A program made the translations under genes and the position numbers. From assembly GCF_009914755.1 (NCBI RefSeq), contig NC_060931.1: a stretch of 64,000 bases of DNA; one strand, written 5' to 3'. How positions within the stretch are numbered: position 1 is the stretch's first letter; each line of letters opens with the position of its first letter. Below are positions 24,730-42,815 of this stretch, one piece after another. The notes beneath the pieces are model-generated. The model worked only from the letters and a program-made list of their open reading frames with translations, had not been told where the DNA came from and made no database searches. Source of the stretch: the human T2T-CHM13v2.0 reference genome, Homo sapiens.

Positions 24730-24900
24730 CTGCTTCTTCAACTACAAAATGAAGACAATGCTATTTACTTTATGAGTTTTCTGTGAACATTAAGTAAGGC
24801 AAAGCATATATAGAAATCAGCACAGTGACTGGCACAGAGTAGGCACTATGTGAGTAATAGAGATCATTATGTGTTATTGCCATTCATGATTATAATTATT
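24730..24900 (+). mobile_element. MIR
   Basis: cttcttcaactacaaaatgaagacaatgct...cagcacagtgactggcacagagtaggcact. Confidence 0.7.
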
Positions 24901-27439
24901 ATTTTCTGGGAAACCCAAATTTTGGTTTTCCCCCTTTATCTAATTTCAAATATACCAAGCATTTTATGTGAAATAGATCTTCGCATGAGAAAAAAAAAAA
25001 ACAGAAATGTAAACTAGATAGAACCAAAATTTAATCTTTAGGAAAAGTTCCTGCAAGCCAGACAAGTGAGCCTCATGCCAATTTCCTGGTTATTTATAAG
25101 CCGCATTCTTGCTTCTTTCACAAACTCCAGAGATTTCTCATTTGGAAACAGAGTTGCTGGAGGTTTCTTAATTCTACCAGAAAATACCTTGATTCTAAAT
25201 AACTGGTAATACTTTTTTTGTAGGAAAATACAAAAACATTAAAAAAACATTAAAAAATCTAAAAATAAAATTAATACAAATCTTTTAGAAAATCAGTGCA
25301 AATGAAGTATATCTACTATATGAAACTCTTATGCATGAAATGATAAAAATCTATCTGGTTTTAATGATCTAAAGAAAATGGTGTATCTTTTTTCAACCTG
25401 AGAACATACTTGAGTCAGACAGTGAATAACAATCATTTATCTTAAAAATATATCAATGTTCTTAGTGCAATCTACATTCATAAACATCTATTTTGAATCA
25501 TAACCAAGAAATATCCAGAATCACTGACTTTTTTCCTATGTCCTCATAATTAGATTTTATGTAAGTTGAAAATCAACATGGGACATTTTCGGAGCAGAGA
25601 TAGCATATTCTGTATTTCTAGAGTTTTGTTTGTTTGTTTGTTGTTTTAAAACAAGTTTTTTTTGTAATTCAAATCCATTTATGTTTCAAAAGAAATCCAA
25701 TCCATATGTTTTTTATTTATTTACACTTACTGTAATTCATCAAAGAGCTATTTAATAAGCTATTTAATGTCCAAAGAGTCTTCGTCACAAGTTTTTTTTT
25801 AAGTCTTTCATCTTGTGTACCAGGAAGCTTTGCTTTTCTTTGAAACAAGGTTCTAAGAAAAACCTTCTGGAAAAATATGACCTTCCACTCATATTCTAAA
25901 ATGTTACTCGGCTGGCAAATTAGGCTAACAGAAGGGTAGGCTTAAGCAATGCTTTAGTGAATTTAACAAGTTCTAAAACAGGGGTCAATTCAGTCCCCCC
26001 AAATCTATAATTAATAGTTGGATAGTGGCATTTTGGAGGGGGTCAAAAAGGATAAGCCCCTCTGCTTTTACTCAACAATCTCTCAAAAATGTCAAGAAAA
26101 CACTGTGTGTTAGACATTATCCAATATGGGCAAAAAATTACTTTGATTTATTTTCACCATGCAATATTATCAAAATCCATCATCTCCAATTGCTGGAAAA
26201 ATTGTTCTGTGTGTGTGTGTGTGCGCCTATGCCTGTATCTGTGAACGTGTGTATATCTGTGTGATGTGTATCTGCATGTGTGAATGTCTGCATGTGTATG
26301 TATTGCAGTGTTATTTGTTATAATATACTTGCTTCAGATAAGATACAGGAAGGAATTTCTGGAAAACAAACCCCAAACTCAATGTTTTTGTAAGCTCTTG
26401 TCAATAGCTCCAATAGAAGCTTAGCTGAAGCCTTGTGTTCCAAGCCTTTAGGTTAATGGCCTCCTCTGGCCAGGACTTATTTCTTCTGGTGAACACAGAA
26501 ACCTGCCATGGAGGATAAATCTTCTGACTGACCCTAGACAAATCCTCGAAGTAACAATTCCAAATATTACCATCGAGAAAAAGTGTTTGTTGTATTGCAC
26601 TGCATGTGTTCTAAGGAAGAGACATTTTTCAAAGGCACCATATAAAGCTCCATTGGGAATTTCTCTAAGTACAACACGAGATGATCCGGAAGGTCCTGGG
26701 GCATCTGCCAAGTGGGGCTTACATGCAGTACATGCTCTTGGTTTTACGCATTTATTTTCCTGTTTTATTAATTCAATAAACATTCATGCAGAGCCTAGTT
26801 AGTTAATCAGGTAGCTATTTATATATAAGGAAAATGACCTCATTTTTTTCTGTTGTTAAAGAGGTGTTTATGTATATAATAGGTACTTTTCTGAACAGGA
26901 AATTGTCATATCTATCAATGCAGAAAGTGCTGGGTGATTTCAGGTTTGTTATCTTGTTCTGTTTTGATAACGACCCTTTGAAGCAAGGCTGGAACCTGAG
27001 GTTCAGCCAGATTAAATAACTTTCCCCAAATCATAGAGATATTTCTAAGAAAAGCTGGAAATAAAACCCAGATATTTATGATGACACAATTCACTCTGCC
27101 TTATCTCACTACTGCAAATTCCATGAGATTTCAGAGCAGGAAGAGATTGGTAGGGATTTAGAATATCATAAATTTGAGGTCTCAGCTCCAAAACCCATGT
27201 AGTCAATAAAAGGGTTACTGCAGCATATTAAAGATCTCCCTTGAGCCAAGGGCAATGGGGCCTCTTGATCCTGCTTACCTTTCATCCTGGAGACAATTAT
27301 GGTGATTTGGGGTGGGATCACGGGTTTGCAGCTATGCCTGGCCATTAGTGGGTAGGTACTCATCTGAACCAGTGAAGCCTGATGAATTGGAGACCAGAAT
27401 AAATGAAATAGAGTGAAATGGAACTAATGCTTGGCCAAT

Positions 27440-27570
27440 TGTGATGGCTTCACAATTGTCTACTATGTGACTTGCAGTACTATATAAACTTGCTGAACCT
27501 CAACGTCCTCATCTATAAAATGGACAATAAATAGTACCCCACCTCACAGGGCCATTGTGTCAATTGAGTG
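27440..27570 (+). mobile_element. MIR core
   Basis: ctgaacctcaacgtcctcatctataaaatggacaataaatagtaccccacctcacaggg. Confidence 0.75.
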
Positions 27571-28689
27571 CATGGAATCTGCTGACCACTATCAACACCT
27601 ATCCCCATTGGCCATCTTTCCTTTCTCTGATCAAGTCCTGAGTCCACAGCCATTAAACTCTAACTTCTATCCACTGAATGCTGGCCCCTCTGAGCTCCGA
27701 CCTAACCAGGACTGAGAATAATGGCTTCCTTCTCAGAGTATTGTACCTGAGAGTCTTTGACAGGGGCACTTGAGGGATGACCAGCTCAGAAAAGCATATG
27801 GACTTGCAAAACCAATTGAACATATATTGCAGACAAGAATTAAGAAAAACTTGGGCCTTAAGAGAAAGGAGAATACTAAAGTTGCCAAAGGCATGGTTAG
27901 ATTATAAAAGCAAAGTAATAGGTTTATTTATGGAACACGGGATATGGGTCTGGGAGTTGGGGTCATGGTTTGGGATAGTGTTAGGAACATGGTTTCCTTT
28001 CATTGCTATGACCACTCTGGTGTCTCTGCCATACTCTAGGCATCATGTTAGGTGTATCTGCAGACTATCACAGATCTGCACAGGAACAAGTTGAGGGAGG
28101 AGCTGAGACTTGGACAGGTGGTTTTCTCAGAGCCACGTGGCCAAGGAAGGGCTGAGATGTGAGGTCTCGTGCACACAGCTTGGGCCCCATGTCATTTCCA
28201 TTGAAATATGTGGCTCAAGGTAATTGAGCAGCTATGGAAATGGGTGTGAGTGAAGCACTGTCAGTTACTTTTCTAAAAAAACTGACATCCCAAAACATGA
28301 GTTCCCTTTCTGAAGCTGTCTTCTGGGAACCCCCTTGCCTCCTGAGGGCCATGAGGAACTCCCTTTTTGACTATTGGTCACTCTGGGCTCCATCCTCCAG
28401 CCCTCACGCACCACGACTCCATGGATCAACTGTCATCAAAGCCTCAGCCTTTAGCTTCTTGTCATGGAAAGAGAGGATGAGGAGGTGAAAACAGAAGTGC
28501 ATATAATTTTCTGGGGACATTTTGAAGTGACTCATCTTTCCGAATTGGAGAATAGAAATACGGGGCAATAGCCACTGAAATATTTAAATCATGCCACATG
28601 GTAGATATGTCCTAGGAAGCTAGCAAGAGAAATAATTCAGCAGAAGCTGGAAGGTATACATTATGATAATTTTTATTGCAAAATTATTT

Positions 28690-29365
28690 ATTATTTTTAA
28701 ATGTTTGTTTTTTGAAATTGTGGTAAGAACAGTTAACATGAGACTTAGCCACTTATCACATTTATAAGTGCACAATACAGTATTGTTAGCTATAGACACA
28801 ATACTGTTCAGCAGAACTGTAGGACTTATTCATCTGTGTAACTGAAACTTCATACCTATTGAACAACAACTTTTCATTTCCCACTCCCCCAAGCCCTTGA
28901 CAACCCCTGTTCAACTTTCTGCTTCTATGAGTTTGACTATTTTAGATTCCTGGTAAAAGTGGACTCATGTAGTGTCTGTCTTTCTTTGTTTGGCCTATTT
29001 CACTAGCAAAATGTCCTTCAGATTCATCTCTGTTGTTACAAATGATAGGATTTCCTTCTTTTTATGGCTGAATAGTATTCCATTATGTATATATACCACA
29101 TATTCTTTATGCATTCATCCATCGATGAACATTTGGTTTATTTCTATGTCTTGGATATTGTGACTAATGCTGCAGCGGACAAAGGAGTGCAGGTATTTCT
29201 TCCCAATCCCGATTTCAATTCTCTTGGATGTATACCCAGAAGCATGATTGCCAGCTCATATGGTAGCTCTATTTTTCATTCTTTAGGGACCTCCATACTT
29301 TTTTCCATAATGGCTGTACCAATTTGTATTCCCACCAAGTGTTCAGGGTTTCAACTTCTCAACAT
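28690..29365 (-). mobile_element. L1MA9-like 3' end
   Basis: tgtggtaagaacagttaacatgaga...aatacagtattgttagctatag...tttatggctgaatagtattccatt. Confidence 0.85.
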
Positions 29366-31904
29366 CATAAAATGAGAAGTATAATGAGAAATGTATGACA
29401 CACATAGCCATAAACTGAACACACACACCTATATGTAGTTGAAAATGTGAAACTATATAAATATTTTATTTAAGAACTAAAATAAAATAAAAATATATTA
29501 CATTATATATAATTATAAATGGATACACGCTTGTGACAAAGTAACATGCAAATAATATTTTTATGTTAAAATAATGGTATAATATTTTTTAAAGTTAAAA
29601 GTTTACTTTAATAAAATAGAAAAAATCAATTAATGCTTTATTTAGTAAAAACTTAATTGAAAATAAATTATATATTATAGTAAATTTCCTTAGTAAAACA
29701 TGTTGTTTTCTCTTGAAGTGTTAACTTTATTTAAAGCAATGCTACAGTCTGGGTAAAGTTATACTTGAAATAGTAAATATCTTTTTTTCTGAAGATGGTT
29801 TTTTCTTTGTGGCTGTTGTGGGATTATGGATACCTAACTAGTCCTAAGATAATGAGAAAAAGATGATTTTCTTTAAAACAAAAATTAATATTATTTATAT
29901 TTATATTTATATGTAATCACTTTCAATATAAGCACATACTTCAAAAAAAAAAAAAAGAAAGAATCTTTGAAATTTTAAAAATTCCGGTGTTGATAACAGT
30001 AAATTTTAGGAACAATTCCCAAGCCTAATTTTTGCACACATCACATATAGGGCAATTTTTCTGAATCTTGGACCACTGGTGACATTGTTCAGAGTCAGAG
30101 AAGGGCTTCAATTAGAAGTTCCAGGTGAGCATCCAGTGAAGTTCTTACTCAAGAGGGCAGAAACCTCGCTGGCTGAGTTTCTAGCTAAAGTTTGTTGACT
30201 CATCCTGTTCTCTGTGAGCATGGGAAAATGTATATCATCTCCAGGGGGCAAAGAGAACTCTGTGCCAGGTCAGAGGAAGCAAACTATTAGGGAAACTAAT
30301 CCTTTGAAACCATTTACTAAGACACTGAGTGCTGTCATTTGGTTTACCTGGAAGGCTTGTTAAAAATCTAATCACAAGATGATTTATATTTGAGGCACTT
30401 TTTGTACTATGATCCTTCAGCCAAGATCCATCTAGCATACAGATCTTTTCACTTTATTTTTAAGGACATCTGGAAGGTATTTCCCTACTCCCCTCTCCAA
30501 TCTAAAGAACAACCAAACTACTTCTAGTGCAACAGAAATGAAAGGATCACCATAATGCCAACATCATTCATCTTTTTTAAATGTATAAATGCTTTTTGAG
30601 AAAAATTCATGCATTGTAACATTTGGGGGGGGCTATAACTTGTCATCTAATTATTGACATACAGATCAATAGTTTTTTTCTACATAGTTCATCTTAACAC
30701 CATAAGCAACTCACATTATCTTCAAATCTCCATCAGAGAGAAGGCTGAGGCTTGGCTGGAGCAAGAGCTGGGTGACCGCAACAGGCCCTGGAGGGAGCCG
30801 TGCTGCATGTACATTGGGGCTATGTCAGGAACGTGGCTTCAGTAAATCTCTTAATAACACAAAGCTTCAACTTTTTCACCTGTTAAGAACAAAACAAAAA
30901 GCAAGGCTGTGATACTTCATTTCTCAGATGTTCTGGAACCCTTCAAGTCTAGCACATGTCTTCCAACCCATGGCTCTGTATAGACCTTCCAGCCTACCTA
31001 CAGTGGCATTTCCATGCACCTTTCATGTTTGGTTCTACAGAGACAGTTCAAAAATTCTGCTGGTGCTAATGAACTGAGCTCTGGTCATGCACCTATAAGG
31101 ATCAACGGACAGCAACCTGCATGACACTGATGATTTATGCTTTATAAAATAGAAAACACTAATGAGAATGAGATTAAACACTAATTATTATTTTTATCAT
31201 TATTAAACACTGCTTAGAATAATCCATGTTTTGTCTGGTGGGTTAGAACAAACAAAAAAGATAATAAAAAGAAATTTTAAAAATCAAAAAAGAATGGACT
31301 ATGTATAAATGTAAACTACAACCTATAAAAGATTCAATTTTCTCCCTTTTACCGTTTGACCATAGCTTCTGCATTACGTGGATTTGCTATAATCTGAATT
31401 TGTATTTTTATATATCCCGCCTGTGGATATTCTCAGTGCAATATGATGTTAAAAATCTAAGCAGCATTCTCTTTTGCCTGCTGGCATTTATCAAAGTGAT
31501 CTCTGATGTCAGTGTCTATTTGTGGTGATTATCAATCAGAGTTCACATGAGAATGATGGTTCACATTGACTTTTTTAGAAGCAGTGAGGTGTTCTCTAAC
31601 TATCTTTAGTTTATCTGATATCCTGAGATCTCATTCTTCTCTCCATTGGTGGGGAATCTATTCTCAAAAGCTAAGAAGGGCCAGATTTTACAGACGCAAA
31701 CTGGAGAGGGAGGTCATCGGGAGGTAGAGAAACATTTATAACACAGTGGATTTGGGGCAGTGCTGTGCTCTCTAGGCACGGAACTCAGGACAAGGTCTGA
31801 AGAACACAGTTGCAGGGATATCTCTTTTCAACCTGTTTGTCCTGTAATTGCACTTTCCATCTGAGAACTTGCTAGAAAATTGCATGGAAAATCCAAGTCT
31901 TAAT

Positions 31905-32135
31905 ATAACACAATGGTGATAGGCATAAGCTTTTAAGTGACATGGCCCTGGGTTCAAATTCCAAACCCTGCCCCTGGTTCTACAATCATTTGAAAAATAA
32001 CTATTGAAATCTTTTTTGTCATTTTTAAAGTGAGAGACAAAATAGCTCACACATCATTGTTGTAGAGATTAAATGAAATAGCATACATTAAATGTTAATC
32101 CCAATACTGAGTACATACAAATGTTCAGTAACTAT
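31905..32135 (+). mobile_element. MIR, near full length
   Basis: cctgggttcaaattcc...ttgttgtagagattaaatgaaatag...aatactgagtacata. Confidence 0.75.
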
Positions 32136-33022
32136 CATATATCTAGTCCTATGATATATTCCATTATAAAAATTTGGCCTTTGGGATTTTAAAACGTGAG
32201 GTTAATTGCCTCTTTAAAATTCACACAGCAATGTTATTTGCTTGGATAAGCCTAAGGTAGAGCTCATGGAAAGCACAAAGTCTAAATAGATTTTCCTCAT
32301 CTCTGGTCTAGAAATGAAGAAACACAAAGCTACAGGACAGGCAAACATGATATAGAAGATTTAGATGGTAGGCATCATCATGGAATCATTCTCAATAGAA
32401 ATCAGAAATCAGAAGAAAGAAGTTTTTATTTCTGGTTAAGTTGTTGTTTGGGCTGTCTTACTTTAAATTTATGCAATAACCTGCTTTCATTAATGCCTAT
32501 CTCACGTGCCATACAAATGGCTCAAAACAAAACAGGTTATTAAGTAAGGTTTTCTGTCATCATAAATATAAAATTATTATTTTTTGTTTTTGCCTTTCTA
32601 GAATTCTCTTCTTAGGTCACTGGCACTGTTGAGGGTTCACGGAACTTCTGCGGAAAAGCCCGTGGATATTACTGGCTACCATGTGGCATTTGCTTTTGCT
32701 GATGAGAAATCTGATGCCATTCTAAATGCCATTATTATTGTCAGCAACCCATCTTTTCTTCTACAGAATTTTGGACTTTTTCTCTTTTCTTTTCTTTTTT
32801 TTTTTTTTTTGAGGTGCAAAGTTCCACCCTAGTGTGTCTAGATGTAGCTATAATTTTGTTTAATCTAGGATCCAGTGTGGGATTTGGGGGATCTTGCCTT
32901 TACTTATAGAAAATCCTCATTGAATATGTGCATCTCTGGTTCTCTTCAGGTTCTCCATCTGCATCTCCTCTTAATACATTTTCTCATTCTTCTACTGTGA
33001 AAGTAAGCATTCACTATATATT

Positions 33023-33697
33023 TGTAAGAATTTGTCCACCCATTCATCAGGCTGGAATAAAACACACAGAAAGTTTCAGCTTCCAAGTTAACAGGAAGCA
33101 ACATTTCTCCCAAGCACACATTGCTGTTGTAGTGTCTAAGCAGCAGTCCCATTTTTCGAGTGACTGCTGCTTTCTTACTGAGCTTTCATTAAATCTTGGA
33201 AGTCTGTCTGTTTGAAACCTTATCAGTAAGAATGAAACATTTGCCTCCAGCTTGAATGATCTAAGTCACGTTGACACAGAGAAGCAGCCTCAACCTCCAG
33301 CTCAGACCCAGAGCTTCAGATAAGGGTTCTGAACATAACATTCCGCATGTATCTCTACTTTGCAGTTTGCAAAGAAACAGAGTCCTAGGTCCATGCTGCA
33401 GTCTGGACTTGATGTTGACCACTTTGCATGGAGCCCTAATTTGCTTTGAGCCTTCAAAAATACTGCATCTTTCAAATTCCACCTAAATCCCCTCCTGCCC
33501 ACAAATCCTAGAACAACTCAATCTTTATTTTTTCTTTTCTTGGCTTGGTAAGAAACCCCATGTTTCATCAGATATGCAGTCTTCCTTGCTGTGTGGTAAT
33601 AATAATGCCATGTATACCATGTATGGGGCAACAAATAAATCCAATTTTGTTGGACTACAAGTTTGCCTTTGATTGAATGTGCCGATTGGGCTGGGGC
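33023..33697 (+). mobile_element. Probable ERV1 solo LTR (MER34/MER39/MER110 group) inserted in an old L1
   Basis: TG start, more GC-rich than flanks, AATAAA near the 3' end (33633), CA end. Interrupts L1ME-like sequence. Subfamily uncertain. Confidence 0.5.
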
Positions 33698-33789
33698 ATC
33701 GCTAGGTGGTCAGCTTCCTTTCTCCTATTTATTCGTTCTACAGTTAGCTTCAAATTTATTTCCTAAAATTTTATTTTATTCTATCATAT

Positions 33790-33985
33790 TATAAAATACA
33801 CATACAAAAGGATATATAATATATAGTTAGAATATAATAGATTAGATATATTAATGTATCCATATACAATAATATATTGGTATATTATATATTAGAATAT
33901 ATAATATATTGGTATATTATATATTAGAATATATAATATATTGTTTATATAAAAATATATAAGTATATATAATGTATAACTGCAT
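33790..33985. repeat. TA-rich repeat with 32-bp tandem duplication
   Basis: aatatattggtatattatatattagaatatat repeated about twice at 33871-33943. Confidence 0.9.
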
Positions 33986-33989
33986 ATCA

Positions 33990-38300
<4,311 letters not shown>

Positions 38301-38514
38301 TTTAGATTTTCCATTCTGTGAAGTTTTAGGGGCAACACGGAGTTTGCAACGTTGTCAGAGAGAGAAACTTTAATTCCCTCTTCTGATATCCAACATAACA
38401 GTCATCATGTCTATTGAGATTGAAAGCATTTTTAAATTACATGATTACAGTCTTTCTTTTCAGTATATTTTCAACCTGAAATTAAACACATACACACACA
38501 CACAAACACACACC

Positions 38515-38667
38515 CCACAGGCCCATGGACCAACAGAACGGACACCACAGGGGAGTTTGCTAGAAACGCAAGTTCTGTTGAGTCAGAGCTCCAGGGGTAA
38601 AGCCCAGGTCTGTGCTCTCTCACACCCTCAGAACAATGCAGGCACAACCAAAGTTTGGGAAGCCCTG
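38515..38667. mobile_element. MER5A-like
   Basis: gggagtttgctagaaacgcaa...caaagtttgggaagccctg. Confidence 0.6.
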
Positions 38668-39276
38668 CTTGACTACTAGAGAAAATTCACAATGGACTCT
38701 CTTTGTACTTAGTACTTACATCACAAGGTGCTCTAGAAAGCATTTTCTCAAACTCATATGCATAGTGTGCCTTCTTTGTCTCAAGCACATAAACTCTCAG
38801 TGGTAATTGCTAAGCTTTTCACAGCATAATTTTTAATTATATTTAATTTAAATATGAATTATAAATTATCCCATGTCTCTTAGGTCTTATAGTTCTTTTT
38901 TAAAGTTCCACTATATTTTCTTTGAAACTTCCATAGGAAAATAGACAAGAAGAGAAACCCTTCTCAAAACAAACCAAAGTAATTGTTGATATTACTGAAG
39001 TGCTTCCTATTGTTCCAGCTATTTTGCTTGATTGTTGATATGTATTTAAATAATTTATGCTGGTGCCTGAGATCCTGTAATGTCATTGTGTTTTCTCTAA
39101 GTCTGCAAAAGTTGACTGCAAACATTGTATTTTAGAGTGGATAAAGTTATAAAACATAAAACTGCTCATGTTGAAAGGTGGTTTTAATTATAGATTTTTT
39201 TTTACTATTACCATTTTAATGTGGTAAAAGTCATTAAATCATTTAGGATATTTGAATTGAGACAGAACCCCCCAAA

Positions 39277-39316
39277 ACACACACACATACACACACACAC
39301 ACACACGCACACACAC
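39277..39316. repeat. (CA)n microsatellite, interrupted
   Basis: Directly visible. Confidence 0.95.
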
Positions 39317-39769
39317 GTTCCAACTACAAGCCAAATCAGGAGAGAAATAAAACACAATTATACTCTTCCTAGTCATTCTTTGCTCATATGCTAGATGATA
39401 CAGAAAACAGAAGCACTCAAATTGAGGGAGTCTATGTTTTCAACGTTTTTGGAATTATAAATGTATTGTATTTCTGTAGGATACTTATTAACGAGGCTTA
39501 GAAAAATGTCATTAAAATGTGACCGCCAGAACCACTCTTCTACCCGTTGGCCGAACTGTCTGTAAGTCACCACAGCTGGAACATCTGCTCTGCAAGCAGG
39601 CAGCCCCTTTCCACTCATGCCTAGGCCCACCCCAAGGGAGCAGAAAATCATCTCGCCCAGCAACCCGCTGATTCAGGTAACCACATTCACTCTAGCCATA
39701 ATAGTTGTTCATAATCCTTAACCTATATTATGGAAAACTCTTGAATTTCAACCCAAGGAGAGAGAGGAT

Positions 39770-39960
39770 GGGGTAGTAGAAAAAGCGTTGGCCCTGGGAA
39801 GAGATGATTGGGTTTGTAATGAGAGCAGCTGTCACACTAGGCAACTGTATGATTCAGAGAGTTTCACATTTTCTCTTGGGGTTTGTTTTCTTCCTTTGTA
39901 AAATAAAGGGTTTAAACTATGTTACCAATGTGGAACCTTCTGGCTCTATGATCTTATGAT
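39770..39960 (+). mobile_element. MIR/MIR3
   Basis: tggggtagtagaaaaagcgttggccctggg...ttcttcctttgtaaaataaagggtttaaactat. Confidence 0.65.
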
Positions 39961-42063
39961 GTAAAACTGAACAGATTAAAAACAAAACAAAACTAAACTA
40001 AAAACGTTCATATATAGCCCATGGACATGGGTATAAGAGATGAAGCCTTCTCTTCTGTCACGTATTTGGAGGCACATGAGAGCAACACCTGGACCCAAAT
40101 GAGAGGGGACTCCAAACTGCATCACGTAACATGACAGTCAAGACAATTTCCTCCCATACTGGCAAAATATCATTTACTCATAATACCCAACAGGTGCATG
40201 ATGAGAAATCTTTGGGCAGCTGGGTCAACATAATCCTAACAGGGTTTTTTAACACTGAGTGATAGCTTCCAGCACTTTGCCATCAGCCAGCACTGGGCTT
40301 TGCATTTTCTCTTTCATGAGCAACAAATGTTAATGATGTGTTGATGGCTCCAATGCTTTGTTGTTTCTGGGAGATCCGGTTTACGGCCACCATCTTTCTC
40401 AGGGATTCTAAAGGTGTTTTTAATACACAACACATTCCCCAAATGTGGATGAAAAAAGGAGGGAGTGATGAGGGAAATGGTGACTCAGTCTGGTCACAGA
40501 ATGTCAGAACCGCTACAGACCGTGGGAATCTTTCTTCTGAGGCATTGCTTTGTGCTTAAGAAAATGAAATGTCCAGAGAAGTGATGAGCCCAAAGTCTTT
40601 CATGGTACACAAAGTAGAACACAAAACAGAAACTCAAAAATATAAGACAATGTTCTTTCCTCAGTCCATGGAACTGCATTGCTCCATGGACTGAACTGGA
40701 GGCCCCCCACACCAAAGTAATACTTTCAATACTTTATGAAAAGTACTGTGCCAAAAGAGTAGAAAGGACAAAGTGATGATTCTGTTTTGCGCATGGTAGT
40801 CAGTGATTTGCTAGGCAGAGAAGAAAAAAGAAGAGATGAGGAGACAGGAGAGAAAAGAAGTAATAAGAAAAGAGAGGAGATCTAACCCCAGTGAATGGGA
40901 AACTAAAAAATCGTGGAGTCATGCAAGAAAGAGTGTGTTTATGAAAGAGCTGGTTGTTTAGTGAGATTGAAAAGTAAACTGTATAGAACGTAATGGATCA
41001 GTTTGCAAAACCATCTGAGATTAAGTTATGAGCAGCCTTAAATAGAAAGGAAAGGAGCTTAAACTTGCTCATATTGATGACAAGAATTTATGGCAGTGCT
41101 TTAAGCAAGAGCATGCATTCTTAGAAACACCCCTCTCCAACAACAGCAGAGAAGTGAGCTGGAAAGAGTCGAGGTGAGGAGGCAGATTAGGAGGTTGCTG
41201 CAGAGACTGCACACAATAAAGATAGGTGCAGAAAGTGTGTGACCTCAGGGCTGGTATATGCAGCCCATGTTCACTGGCGTGGAGCTGCCTCAAGCCTCTA
41301 TGTTTGCTTCTTTCCCGTCTCTCAGCAGCAGACTCATACTAATGTAAAAATGAATGTTCGCTTGGTTTGTGCAGAAAATGATTCCGTATTCAGATATCCA
41401 AGAAATTTGAAGCAGCAGAGAAAATATGCTTTTACAGCATCACTGATCTATGGGTTGCAATTCAACTGTAAGCAAAGTATGCAGCTGTTTCAAAAGTGAG
41501 AAACATCTTAAATTGTCTCCATCCTTTGGACAAAACAAGGGAAAAGAGTCTTGGAATTAAAGAAAACTGAGTTAGAATAAAAGCTGGGCCAGTTACTGGC
41601 TATAACATTTTGGGCAAGTTTCTCTATGTGTAAGATGAGATTATAAAACCATCCCCATCAGAAGTGGCAAGGATGAAATTTGAAAAACCATACTCTATGT
41701 ACAGGGCTTACCCCAGATCTAGGTACTGAGCAGGCTCCCATAAACATGTGTGTCCTTCCTCTTCCACTCTTCAATGCCCTCCAGACTGTGGGGGGCTGAG
41801 ACACTCTCAGTGTCTCTGTACATTCCCTTAGTTGTGTTCCTACTAGCCCTCTTAATTCAAGAGCCATCTCTGCATTTTCAAGTCTGCATCTTAACTCACC
41901 TCTTCTGAGAAGTCAGCCCAGACTACACCATCTAACTTGGGGTATTCTCCTGTTGTTCTCCATGGCAACAACCTGTTTTCTTCCCTTGATATCACTTATG
42001 ATAATGCACGCTTTGACAGTGATCTGTTTCATTTCTCAGTTGTGTGCATCTACCAGGAAGACA

Positions 42064-42815
<752 letters not shown>

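Noticed and set aside
25089-25098. MEF2-like TTATTTATAA
   Set aside because: AT-rich motif in AT-rich DNA; not significant alone.
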